From positions 1,612,001 through 1,676,000 of the forward strand of contig OZ287069.1 in NCBI GenBank assembly GCA_965645245.1: a DNA stretch of 64,000 nt, given 5' to 3'. Numbering within the stretch: position 1 is the stretch's first letter; each line of letters begins with the position of its first letter. The stretch comes from Massalongia carnosa (taxonomy: Eukaryota). Of this stretch, positions 44,729 to 62,000 are shown one piece after another. A program made the position numbers and the translations under genes. Below the pieces are notes generated by a model. The model was not told where the DNA came from. It did no database searches and saw only the letters and a list, made by a program, of their open reading frames with translations.

Positions 44729-47496
44729 ATGGCTATTACATCTCAACAGACGCCAGGCGGTCTTCATCCTTCGTTCCAGCAATCTCAGAACCAACTTTTG
44801 GTAATAGCACCCAAACTTGAAACGCCTCTAGCCTCGACTCTCATTCGACATCATCCTCTCCCCGTCAACATAGTACCAAATCTTCCGAAGCCACGACTAC
44901 TTCCTAGGTCACGGTTTGGATGCTGGTACGTCCTCAATCTATATAAGTAGAATATCTAGGCTGACATGAACTACGGATCTAGGACCTGTCGGGTTTGCTT
45001 CTCCCTCCAATTGGTCTATTTGTGGTCTGACTGCCAATTGAATGCAGAATCGCAAGGTCAAGTCAGTCCTCTATGGACAGTCAGTTTTTTTAGGCTTACT
45101 AATTCATTCGTATCTTACTAGATGTGATGAGATCCGACCACGGTGTACTGTAAGCCCTCTTAACTCTCTAGATATCATTGGAGGAGAAATGGATGTTCAT
45201 TTGCATGATTATATAGCCGTGTGCCCGGCTAGGGCACTTTTGTGATTACAATCCTCGACTGTCATTCAAAGACGATACGCCAAGAGTGGTAGAAAAGATG
45301 AAGCACCTGGAAAGCTCTGGGAGCTTGGTTTGGCATAGTATGGTAAGGAAGACCTGCCGTATGCTTGTTAGTAATAAGACCGCAGCAACTTCTATTACCC
45401 CGTCGGTTGAAGGCAATCATATCAACGACTTCAAAGCCGATTCTCTTCCTCCGTTTTCAGTTCTTACCAGCGATGAGGATAGAGAAAGGAAGGCAGAATA
45501 TCGAGCACCAGGAACTTACAATATCGTTGTCAATCCTTCCAGTTTTACGAACATGGAGGAGTATCGAGGAAGCAGCAATGAACCAACACCAAAGTTGAAA
45601 CTTGCGCGAGCCAACTCACTGCAGCGACAACAGAGTATGAGCAGTATCACAGGCTTGGGCAGTTCTGGAGATCCTCAAGATGACCCCGATGTGGTGATTT
45701 TGGCATATTTTGAAGCCGATACCATGAGCATATCAGTTTCGAATAATCATAATACCCATTCCACGATTTCTATCGCCTCATCGCCATCAATATCTTCAAG
45801 CACAAGCTATACGTCTCATACAGATGTTGCTACATTTTTGAACGAGGCCATGCCCGCTCAAAACTTTGTGCAAATACCATATCGAAACGGCGAAGACGAT
45901 CAACTCATTGCCCATTTCAATAAATTCGTACAGCGTTCATTTGCACAAGTCCATCGAGATGCGTTAGGAACTACGTCAGATACTCATACATTATTAGCGC
46001 ACGATGTCTTCGCAGGGCAAGCTGCCCATTTTCCTCCAGTGTGTATCATCTTTCCATCTCTTCAACTTGTACTCTGTCCCTTCCAAACTATCGACACGTT
46101 ACAAGCGAGTGATGTAGCTGATGTATCTATTAATATAGCTTTTTCACGCTCTGATGGCGCTTACGGCGCTCAGCATGGAAAACCGGGGCGGCGCACAAAA
46201 TGTCGATGCTCTACAGCATTACCAAAAAGCATTTCCATCTCTTCAAAGCAGTGTGAAGACTACCGAGGATCTCTCTTCTGATCTTGTGTTACTAACACAT
46301 TTTATCTTGCTCCTGTATGAGGTAAGTCATTTTAGCACGAATGACAAGACAGTTTAATTGCCAACTGTCTGTGATTAGATTGCTGCGTCAGAACCAAAAA
46401 GGTCAAATCTGTGGTCACAGCATTTAGACCAACTCCTTCGGATCATCAAACTCAGGCACGATATGTTCGATCCGGAACGCTATTCATTCATCATTTGGTG
46501 GATGTTCGTGATAGATGCTCATGGTGTGCTCACTGGCGGCGGTGATGGGGTTCATGCTAAATCCTTATTAATAAACGATTTGCTCCCAAAAACGGACAGA
46601 CCTGTCCTAGAGTTTGCTCCTAACGGCTCTGTTTTTCCACCTTCAACTAGAATGGAAACAGGCCCATCAGTCTTAGAATTTCATCGGGAAATCTATGTCC
46701 AAGCAGCACGCCTTGGTCTATTAGCCCGCGAGCTGCGGAAAGAAGTTGCTCAGCACGGAGCTCATGCCTTGACCCACAGGGCAGTTCACTCTCGAATGCA
46801 ACGCACAGTTCAAGCGCGAGATTTGTTGGAGCAAATCTGGAACACACATGTACCCATGTTCACTGCTTTGGGTTATACCAATGAACATATACCTGTCAAA
46901 GATCGTGGAATCTTCGAACATGTGAGTATAAGCTTTCTTCATTTTTAGGTATAGTTTTCGAAAGATAGGTTCGCTACTTTCACCTACGGCTTCATTCGCT
47001 AGACTACAATGTTATTGCTCTTTCACACTTTCCTTATGCCGGGATGATTTCAACTTTCAATCACTTACTTGTGTGACAGACTTATGCCTTGTATCGTGCG
47101 TGCATTATCTACTCCCATACAACTATGTGGCCCACTCAGCGACTCGAATTCGGCCACCCCAACCACCCCAGAGTCGCACAATACGCCCTAGAGATCCTGC
47201 ACCTCGGGCGCGAAATCGTTGATCATGACCGCCTGGAACGCAAATTTATCGTCTTCCCACTTTTTATGGCAGGTTTCGTCTCAAACAGTGTGCCAGACAG
47301 GGACGAAGCCATGGAGCTATTGACAGCGCTAGAGCAGCAAACCATGGGTCGGGTTGCGAACGCCTCAAGGGTACTGCTTCGGCTTGTCTACGAGCGGCAG
47401 GAATTGAGTCGGCAGAACGGAGGAAACGCTTTGGATGTAGATTGGGTTCAAATTGTGATGGAGAGTGGCTTGCAGGTTGTTAATTGTCGACTTTGA
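44729..47496 (+). CDS. Zn(II)2Cys6 transcription factor with C-terminal fungal TF domain; zinc cluster split over five exons
   Basis: Exons 44729-44925, 44983-44992, 45048-45061, 45122-45149 and 45217 onward assemble to [31 protein letters not shown]. Downstream LTHFILLLYE-IAA, WWMFVID, VFPLFMAG. Confidence 0.88.
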
Positions 47497-48222
47497 GCTT
47501 AAATGGTTGTTTGGAATGTTTGCAAACTTGCTCAATGGGGGGCTGTATCTAAGGCTACTGGATGTCTCATTGAAGAGGTAGTATAGCGTTGTAAGTTATG
47601 GGGTGATCTGTTACACATAGGGGCATTCAACTCGACGCGAACGGCATAGCGGAGAGAGGTCTATCTTTAGGAGAGGAGTCAGCGATGTTAATTTGCATAT
47701 GGGTGGTATGCTCGGTTAATACCGAAAACTTTGGTGGATTCAGAGGCTCAGTCTTCATTAAACATTACCTCATAATGGATTCCGCTACTGATCAAAGAGC
47801 ATTTTGGGAAAAATGATCGGGGATTAGGGCTTAGCCCTTGTTGCCGAACTCTGTATCTTGACTCCTTTCGTCATGTCTAAACAGGAAAAGGCATTACTGA
47901 GGAAGGTTACCCATTGGGTTAGGTGTTCATTTTGCCATCTCGATTGACTTGAAAGTATTCGTATTCGTGAGGAAATATTAGTTTCAGGTATCAAAGTTTC
48001 AGGATTAGAGAGTTTCGATGACTAGCTAGGCTCCAAGGTCCAAGCAAATTCGTTCGTCCCGCTCTTGAACCTTTCTCGACGCACAGAGAGCGCGCACGTT
48101 TCTGGTTTCCAACAATCCTCTGACTTCGGCCTCAAATACCTACACTTTATATAGATCCCTGTACAGATTTTCCTAACAGTATAAGATCGTGTCGAGAACA
48201 ATATCCAAGAAAGGATTCGGAG

Positions 48223-50525
<2,303 letters not shown>

Positions 50526-51332
50526 TGACAACGTTTCGAACCACCCCAACAGAGGCAGCGTGTTCAATCTATTCCAAGCGTATAAGTACTTGAGTGGCAT
50601 ATACGCTCGCAATTCGCTTTGCCCATGGTACTGACAACTCGTGTTAGCTTACCATCCGTGCGACGATTAAGGTAATTGCGTAATTCTTCAGCCTGTGTCT
50701 TGGGGTACATGAAGGAGATATAGATTTAAGTTTCACCATCATTCGCGAGGAGGTCTTTTCAACTAGCCAGCGGGAACGATTTTTTCCCAAAATCGTACTT
50801 GACCTAGGATTAGCGTTGTGTTTACTTTAAGCGTAGTGGAAAAATCGAGATGTTATTTGGAGGAAGCAATGTAGGTTGTTATGTTATAAGATCGCACAAG
50901 GCGAGATTTGTAGAAAGCAATCAAACCAGTAGGGGTTCATTGACTATATAACTGTATATGACCGTACGTTATGATACTATACAGACAATGGATTTTTGAT
51001 ACAGAGTACTCTATGCAGTCTTGTCAATATCGATGTAAAGAGAGTGCTGTACCAGGGGAACGGTTAATCGTGCCAAAACACTAAACCCCAACCGAGTCAG
51101 GGTCTGACTCGGCACGATTAGGTAATAATGGTTCGACGCCGGCATCTCGAAACTCCGGTCTTAGCGTAAGTAATAGAAAAATTATTCTGGAAAGCCCGTG
51201 ATATAAGATGCCAATGAAATTGTTCATGTTCTGTACATTCATTTCCTTCCTCCATGTTCTTTCCTTCTGCCCTTCTATGCTGAGAATCGCATAAGATCAT
51301 CATAGCCATCTAAGTGTCTGTCTTTGTCGATA

Positions 51333-53035
<1,703 letters not shown>

Positions 53036-56000
53036 ATGGTGGGGATTGCGTTTTTCTTTATGGATGGCGTGGTATGCGGTTCTGTTTTGGGGGTTTTTTC
53101 TCCCTTATAAATATTTCACATGTCAAGGGTTGTAGGCGGGATCGACCAAACAGGATAACAATCTCAAGTCCGTCAAAAGCCCCTCCCAGAGAACTGCCGT
53201 CGTCACCACTCCCCTCGAGTTATAGACCCGTTTACTTTACCAAGAAGTCACCTACCTAAATACCTCTACTAGCAACGATAAGATCCCGCTAGGTAGTTAT
53301 GTATCGCCCTAACCTTTCGTCGTGCTGCTATCTATGTACAGAGCACACTCATCCCCTCGGAAAAAAGAAAATGGAACGAAAACCTCGACAAAACCTCGAC
53401 AAAGCAATCTAACCATCCTCTATTTATCATCGACAGGTGGTTTGGCGATGTGTTTCTTTTTTCCTGTTTGTTTTTTGTTTTTTTGGGGGCGGAGAGGAAG
53501 GGTGGTTCGCTTCCCCGAGTCGTCGCAGCCGACGCAATTGCCGCATATTCGGTACTTTGACTAATCGTTAGTTATCATTATCATCATCTTTGCTTGAACG
53601 GTCGGAAAAGCATGGTTTCAATATCGACATGCTTACTAATTTCCAGATTAGGCAATCGTCTGCTATATGCGAAAAGCTTCATATATCAGCACGACTTCGA
53701 CAACTACGAGGAGGCAAAGGTATGCAGCAAAAATGCTACATTTCGGAGGCAATTCAGCTGTTCATGAGCGCTGAGTGTCTCGGTGTCTCCGGTCGGCAAT
53801 AAGGTGTATTTTGCCTAGCTGAAAAAGTTCAAAGGAAGCAGGTTCATGCATTTGATATAGGCCGAGATGGAGGCCTTCAAGCAGTATAAAGAGGCGGTGA
53901 TTTCTCATGTAACTTAGCTATTCAGTCATTCAGAGTTCAGTTCAGCAGATAGCTAAGTTTGGAGTATCTTCACTGGAAATACGGAGTGCCTATATCACGT
54001 TTGCCAAGCACTTCTCTTTGCCTATCCTTGATAGCCCTGGACCCTCTTCTCCTGCATCCCGCTGCCGTATGCCTGGTTGGTTTTTGATCAACAGAACAAA
54101 TCGAAATGTCTAAAATCGTGCTCACTTCTTCATTCTTCCGCCTTCTCATCCCCTACCGTCCTCCTCGCGCTCGCCTGCCACTTTCGTTCGTTCTTTTAAA
54201 CCAGTGCCTGCTTAATAAATAACTCTAATGAATTGCTAATCCTGGCAAGGACGAAAGGATGGAGGGATCGAAGGATCGAAGATGGATGAAGGAAGAATGA
54301 AGTATTTGAAAGGGAGGGGGTTTCGTCATAAGGCCGTCAAGGCTGAATTTCAGAGGATTCGGGAAGATTTATTTGATGGATGAACGAAATGAGTGGAGCT
54401 TTTTGGTCTCTCTCTTTTCATTTTTTTGGAAAACGTGAAGCGATCGATAACGGGATCATCAAATGAGAGTCAGCGGAGGTTTCGTGCAGATGACTTGTTG
54501 ATATATATATTCTTTCTCATTCACGTTTTAAGGCTTTTCCCGAACTCCGGTAGGTGTCGTTGCTTTTTCCTTACTTTCCTTCTTCCTATTTCTTCTTAAG
54601 ATTGAGAGCCGAAGCTGAAGTCAGAGCTAGAGCTAGAATTAGAGTCAAAATGAGGTCAATGTTGCTCAAAATAGAACAAAATAGAGTGAATAGAGCACAA
54701 AAGTTGTCATTGCTTCTTTCCTCTTTTCCTTCCTTCCCCGTATCCTATCGACCTATCAGCATTCCTATCTTTAAGCACAGAGTTGGCTTGATCACTTCCT
54801 CTTTCTCTTACTCTCACTCACTCCTATTATTACAGATTCGAAAACTTTAATCAATAGTTGATAAGCTGATAAGGTACAAAGTGAAGCGAAGCGGGTGAAA
54901 GCTAGTTGAGCATAAAAGGAGTAGGAAAGGAAGAAAGGAGGGACGAAGGATGAGAGGGTGAATGGGGAAGGCAAGGAGAGAGGAGATGAATGAATTGAGT
55001 TATTGGTGGGAAGCGAGGCTTGGGAAAGGCGGAGTGAGGGGTGAAAAGCAGGTGAGAGAATGTGTGTGTGGGTCGATTTTCCTTTTTTCCTTCGCCTGGC
55101 GTGTGATCGTTCATTTCATTCGTTTCCTCGCAGCTCGTTCATTAATTCTTCCATCCTCTCCTCACAATTCACCTATGATATTCTACTCATCTTATCCTAT
55201 CTTAATCCCGCATCACCTGCCCGTCTTTCTTCTGAGATGAAACTAATTTGAAATCTCACCTCTCATTGTCACTATATATTGCGAATTGGTAATTTAGAGG
55301 TATCTCTTTTGTTATCATTATTGCTTGTTGCTGGACTTTTTCTTTATAAGAAAACGAGAAAGCAAGCAAGCAAACAAATCAAGCATTTTTGTTCCTGAAT
55401 GAAAAAAAAAATTATAGAAGCGGGAGCGAAGAAAAACGACAAAGACAGAAACAGAAATAGGAAGAGAATTTCTCGGGCAGGAAAAGTATTGTTTAAAATT
55501 ATCAATTATTTCATCCCGAAGATGTTAAAATTCGAAATCACACGACCGCGCAAAACCAAAAAACGCTTCATAAGCGTCGAAGAAGAAAAGGCCTGGAATC
55601 TTGATAACAATAAAACGAAACAAGACAAGAGAAAAAGTAAACGACGAAGTGACGAGAAATCAACTAGCAGAGGTTTTCAGAGATTGACGAAAATGAAATC
55701 CATAGCTACCTATTGCCTTCATCGTATTTCTTTCTTTCTTTTTCTCTTTCGCATACAGACATACGTTGGAATACTGGCTTAGCCCCATTTGTATTAGCTC
55801 AGTCCTGCAAGCTGCCATGACTGCTATAAGCAGTCACCTCCGTAGCAATTTCAACATTATGCCGTCAACTGTTCATGTAACAGGTTATGAAAACAGATAT
55901 AATCCTCAAATCCCGGCGCACTCATCTTCCTCAATTCTCACAAAATTTCTCGTTCGTTCGTTCGTTCGTTAGCTATAACGAAGAGGCGGAAGAAAAGTTG

Positions 56001-56824
56001 AAGAAATCGGTCGTGTTAATAGATTGAAACAGGTACGTGGAAGGAATCGGTTGAGGGGATGACAATGACAATGATAATGATACTCGAGAGTTTTTCAAGA
56101 CTCTAAAAGAGTATAAAACTAACTGATCTCGAGAAAAGATAGGTGCTATTGTGATTTGGGTACCTAGTATCTACAGAAATGAGAGGGCTTCCGTTGAAAG
56201 CGAAGTCGGGGACGACTTTGTATGCCAGCCACGTTCAGCCACGTGCCCAGCTCAGCTCAGCTACCGGAAAAGCAGTTGTTCCTTTGACACTAAGGTACCC
56301 AGGAAAGAGAGTACCATTGGAACTGGGTTACTTGACCGGCCAATGAGAACATGTTCGCCAACTTTCGCAGTTAACCGATCGCTTGATTGCTAGATTAACT
56401 TCTGGCTCGGTAGCAATTACTTCCCCTTTTGTCGCTTTTCGATATGTCTGCGTCCACTTCTTCCCGCAAGCGGTAACGGCTCTGTCTAACATTATGTATT
56501 AATCGCCAAAAATTACCTCCCCGCCACCGTCGCTCTCTATCGGAACAAACTCATGATCTTGTCAGGTCTTCTCCCCATAAGCAAATTAACTCATACAAAA
56601 CGGCATGAAAGACGTCTGCTCCTGACATCGTTATCTTTGCTAAGATACTGAACCGTATTAAAATTCATAATGGATTGAAATCAATCAACGTCGACTTCAT
56701 ACCCAAACTCCGACAATGATAGCCGTACAGTAAAACACCTTTCGATATCCATAGAGTATCATTCGTGTTTAAACCTGGCCTGCAGGGATAAACTCGATGG
56801 ACTTTCCGGTGAAGGAATACACGC

Positions 56825-59053
56825 TCAATATGGTCTGCCAGAGCTCGACGGCATCTGCATGAGGGGAGCGGAAGACGACGTCGACTTCTGAAACATTTGG
56901 ATCAAGCGCATTCCCACGCTTGTCTCCAGCTCGGTCCCATCGCGGGCAATCTTCACTTCCCGGTTCGCGTTCCAGGGGTTTCGTAACCCCCTTGTTCGGT
57001 AGAAAGGCAAACGGTTCGTCGAGAGCCACTCAATCTTAAAGGGCCTACCAAAAGGCTGTGCTCCGAAACCTCCCGCAGTATCATCGACTCCTTCACCGCC
57101 TTCGGCAACCTTTGTAGCCTCAGCTTCCACCTCTCCGTCAATCAGTGGAGCTAGATCTTCTTCTTCGGGATCAGCCTCCCAGAAGATGGTGCCCCGAGCC
57201 GAATCGTCGATGATGCGGCCTTTGGGAGCAAACTCCGTGGCTAGCGTGGGGATCGATCTAGGCACATCAGAGTCGTCCACTATCGCTTCGGCTGGAGGCG
57301 CCCAGTTGAGTTTTGCGGCGGCTTCTTCATTAATCGGGGAAGCCATGCGAGCGAAACCAAAATACTCTCCGGATTTGTTAGCAGAAAAGATAAGATAAAC
57401 ATTCTCCGTTGTCTGTGCCTGTCAGATATGAGGGACGACACCACCGACCTGACTCACCTCGAACGCTTTGTTCAATGCATCCACATTGTGTGCTTGAGTT
57501 GCCCATAAGCTGTTCCTAACACTCAATTCCATGTCTTCCACAGTCAAGCTCTTCAGCACAAAATACTTGTCGGCCACCTTCGATGGACCCGTACCTTCCT
57601 GCATCGAACTAGCTTGGGCAAGTTCTTCAGCACGCGAGGAGATCTCCCGATTCTGCGCAATTGCTTCGAAGGCGGTCTGCGACTGTGCAATGGCAGGCAT
57701 GAGGGCAGCAGGGCCTGTGGGAACACCAGGGGCGGGAGATACGGTGCTTCGTCTGAGTCGACATACTAGACGGACACCTTGAAACCTCGAATCGTGGAAT
57801 CTCGCCATCGCGGCCGCGCAAGCTTCTTCGGTTCGGTAGTTGACGAATGCACAGTTGCTTTTCGAGATGAGAAAAACGCTTTCGATGGTGGTCGTAGCTT
57901 CTTTGGAGAAATGATCTTTCAGGTCGCTGACAACAGCTCCAGATGGAAGGTTTCCCACCCAAAGGGCATGGCCAGACTGTTTGGGTTTCCGAGGCGGCCC
58001 ACGAGGCGCCGATGGAATCGTACCCGAGCTCGAGTTGGAGCTTCCCCTACTAATGGCTAAATAAGGTCGAAAGTAAGCAAACAGGCGGCTGTAGGTGCAA
58101 GGAGGATGGCTTGCCTGGCACGGCTCCTGGCCGTAAATAGGTCCCCGACGGATTGTATCCCAGGTTCATTGGATGACCTGGGGGATAGCCGCTGTAAGAT
58201 GAGCTCTTCGCGCCTGTACTGTTCGCATTTCCCTCCTGTTGGGGAAAGTATCCTGACCCGAATGGAAGACCGGGCATTCGATGTAAAGAGGGGGGAAATG
58301 AGGTTTGTTGAGTCGGGTAAGCCTGTTGCTGCCCCGCAACGTGCCCATACTGGTTCGGATAATACATGTAGGGTTGTCCCTGAAGTGGAAAGTGATTTTG
58401 ACCCATGTAAGACGCTTGGCTTGGACTGACACTTCCAGGCTGTGATGGATGGGCTGCGTGGCTTTGAGTATACGCTTGACCCGCCTGTTGATAAGGTTGA
58501 TACTGCGGTGGATACGCGTTGTACCCTAGATTGTTTGCGGATGGATGGCCCGCAAACTGGGAAATTTGCTGGTTTGCGTAGCCTGGCGGAAAACCCGCAG
58601 CACCAGACGATAGCCGGTGGAGCTCTTGAGGCGATGTACGTGAATGCCTTGACGACTGGAACTCGGGGAGGGCTCCAGCCAGGCCTGACATACTGAAGAC
58701 CCCGGGCGGCGCATTTCCCATTGCATTTGCTGATGCATATTGCCCGGGATGGCCGAAGGGATGGCCGCCGCCGCCGCCGCCGCCGCCTTGCTGGTGAGGA
58801 CTTGCTCCTTGTAACTGGAAATCATAGAGAACGTTCCCGCTCGTAACACTTGCTGAAACGAAGTGAGCGTCAAACACGTGCAAATCTGCCGGAGGGTGTG
58901 ATGAAGAAAGGTTTCGGATTACCAAGACTTACTCGACGCTGGGTAGCCTTCATTTTCGCTTATTTCCTGTAGCGTTGAGGGGTCAACTGGAACCTGCCCC
59001 AAGGACAATCTTCCCCCCGATACACTCCCTTCGTTCATCTCTTGGCCTTCCAT
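56825..59053 (-). CDS. RRM + YTH domain RNA-binding protein (YTHDC-like), about 4 exons
   Basis: RRM: LWVGNLP, SNCAFVNY. YTH: KYFVLKS, WATQAHN, LIFSANKSGEYFGFARM, RNPWNANREVKIARDGTE. First exon 59053-58933 ends at a GTAAGT donor; start codon less certain than the domains. Confidence 0.88.
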
Positions 59054-62000
59054 TATGACAGGCAATGCTGTCCACTGCTGTATCCAAATTACTTGCATGT
59101 CAATTAATATCAGCTAGACCTTCAACCTATATTGGCAAGATTGCTAGATGGAAGAAGCAAACCTTTACTTGACAGCTCCTATATGTTTCGTGAAGTTTTG
59201 GAGCTGAACTTCTGCAAGTGGCAATGATCGGAAACGTGGAGACCCGATGAAGGTAATCGAGATCCTTAACAGCGTATCAGGTAGAGATTGGCGCACCAGA
59301 GGCCCCAAAGGGCAATGCAGATGGATAGCGAGATGATCAGGAACAGCAAAGTTTGTAGCAGTTGTTTACACGCGAACCACTTCCGGCAGCGTACCTGGTA
59401 GAGAGTGAATCCTAATCGATATTGATGGACTTCTTTCATGTGCGTTGTCGCCAGGAGCACGTTTGACAGGTTATTGTAAACTTAGCAGACGAATGGGAAA
59501 GTTGCCGAAATAATAGTCAAGGAGACATGACGACCAATATAATAATAGAAGAGATGGATCGACAGCACGACAAGGATGAGGAGCTCGGGTCTATCCTGAA
59601 TAAAAGGGATGAGTTAGGAGGTTTCGAAGTACCGAACCAAGGACGGACAAGTCTCAATGCTTCAATTCACCGTGGCGAAGAGGAGTTGTGATAGATCATT
59701 GGCCATCAGACACTCAGCCTCGAAAATTCTCTGATTAGCTCACCAGTGGAATCAGTTTAAAGTAGCCTTTATGCATGATTATCCATATTTCATGCATTAA
59801 CGGACGCTACTATTTCAAAGAGCCGATTTACTTACTGATGCGAATTGTCGAATGAGCGGAACTGCCTCCTGGAGAGGACTATCGATGTCAAGGAAGGAAG
59901 TCCTTCAGCGAAAGGACTGTGATGGTAAATATAGGATGCATGGGGGGGGAGGACCTGCAAACTAGCGAAAATACTCTGTATTGTAGTCATGATTCTGCAG
60001 CCCAGAGTCAATGTAAGGAGTGGAGTAGGAAGGTAGTGTATTAGTGTAGTGAGTAGTGTCGGTTGAATAGCTCTATGGATGACGAAAGACGTTTAGGAGT
60101 CTCCCAGGGAGCACGAGGGAGCCAATAATGTGACTTTGAGTGGCGAAAATGGGGGGGATAAGTTAATCGATAGCCTCAGCCACAGATCAGGTACGGTGTA
60201 CTAGGCACTAGACCAAACCGCCCCAGATCTGGATTCTTCCATACAACGCTTCTCGAGGCTCGAGTCTTCGGCTCTCGGGTCTCGGTGCTCGATTCTCGAC
60301 TTTCGACCCTGTCCCTCGGGACCACTCCTCTCCTTCCCACAACAACACATTTCCTCCCCGCGCTACTCTTGTCATGCAGGGACATCCATCAGATACCCCG
60401 GGCTTGAGAGCGGTCAGGATGAGAAGTAATGTGAAGCCCAGGAGCAAGAAGTGGTCTTCCGTGAACAAGAAGACAGGCCCACCGGTCTCTCACTCGTACC
60501 TCTTCGGCCGATCTTGTGCCCCCAACGCTTGTACTGCTTTCGTTTACGTCATATCATTTAGTCATGATGAAAGTACTCGAACCAAGCTAAGCGTCAGAGT
60601 TTATGGAAGGCAGTAGATACCGTACCTTACTTCCCTTGCTTTGGCAACGGAGCAATCTCCGAGGCCGCTTGATTTATTTTTTTTGGCCGGTGTTGGGCGT
60701 TAAACTATCAAAAAACGTTGAGCCCAGCACGTGCCGCATCCGATCTTTGCGCAAGCCACAGCCCCAGTTGCTGCTCGGTTTCGGTTTACATGACCTTTCG
60801 CAAAAACGCTACGTATGGTGAGTTATCAAGTTCCCGAGGTAGCGGATGCAGTGCTGCCCTAGCTAGCAGTTGGTGTTGATGAATCGATGCTGGCTAAGAA
60901 AAGACAATGAAATGATCGACATTGCTTGCATGACCTAAGGATATGTCTATTGTTAAGCTCGAGTGAGAAAGCATACCTGCTCCAGAACCATCCACACCAA
61001 ACGAATCTTGTTGAACAAAGCGTATGATGATCAACACCTCATTTTACTAGGTTAATTTTCTATCTTTAGGAAAGGGCCATGAATAAGGTTGCAAAAGGTT
61101 TGCAGTGTTCGTACTATGTAAACTGGAGAAGGGGGATTGGCGCTGATGTCAGCAGCGACCTAACTAATAACGCCACGATCGCCTCTTGTGCCCTAAGTGC
61201 CTGACTAACTGGCCTCACTGGCCTCACTGGACTAACTGCATTAGGTAACTTCAATTAGCCGCAAGCCTCGGTTCTGTCGGGGTCTGGACTCTGAAATCTC
61301 GGACTTTTTCAGCTCTGCTAGGTACAGAGCATACTCGCTGTATGGAGTAACTTCCGTGGACGGATGCCGACTTTCCAAGGAGCGCAATGATGAACAAGGT
61401 ATAGAGTACTACCCGTACGGGAGTACTCTATGCTATGATGATCTATCCAAGTATTTCACCAATCGAATCATCAAATTGCCTCCTCATATTATATCAAGCT
61501 TTGGTCTTCTCCAGGTCCACCGCCAGCATCTACAAGATGAGCAAGGTCGTGTATTTTCCAGAAGTATCACGGAAACTTAGTTCTAACAACATTGTACCTG
61601 TGCACCTTCAGACTTCGTGTTCTCACCTGGCCCGGAGAAAAAGCTAAATTGCAGATCTGTTGGAGGTTTGATGGAACTTCCATAGCAGCCAAGCGGCGTA
61701 GCTCTAGTAACTGTCGTACCGTTCCATTGGTGACCAATCATTGGTGATATCTATCTTAACTTCAAGGATTCGTTTTTTTTTTTGGTCGTGCCAACATTCA
61801 TGGCGTTCTCGGCCCTTACGATCGACATTTAAGTCCTCGTGAGGATATCGGGTAACTCGGGTGTCTTGTCATCTGTGGTGGCTGTGCATTGGTTCCGATT
61901 GTATCCCGATGCTGTCCCGTGATCTCTCGGTTGGTTTAAGGTAGACGTTCGTGGCTGCAGATCGGTGGATCCGATGCTTTTGTATTCTGTACTTTATACT

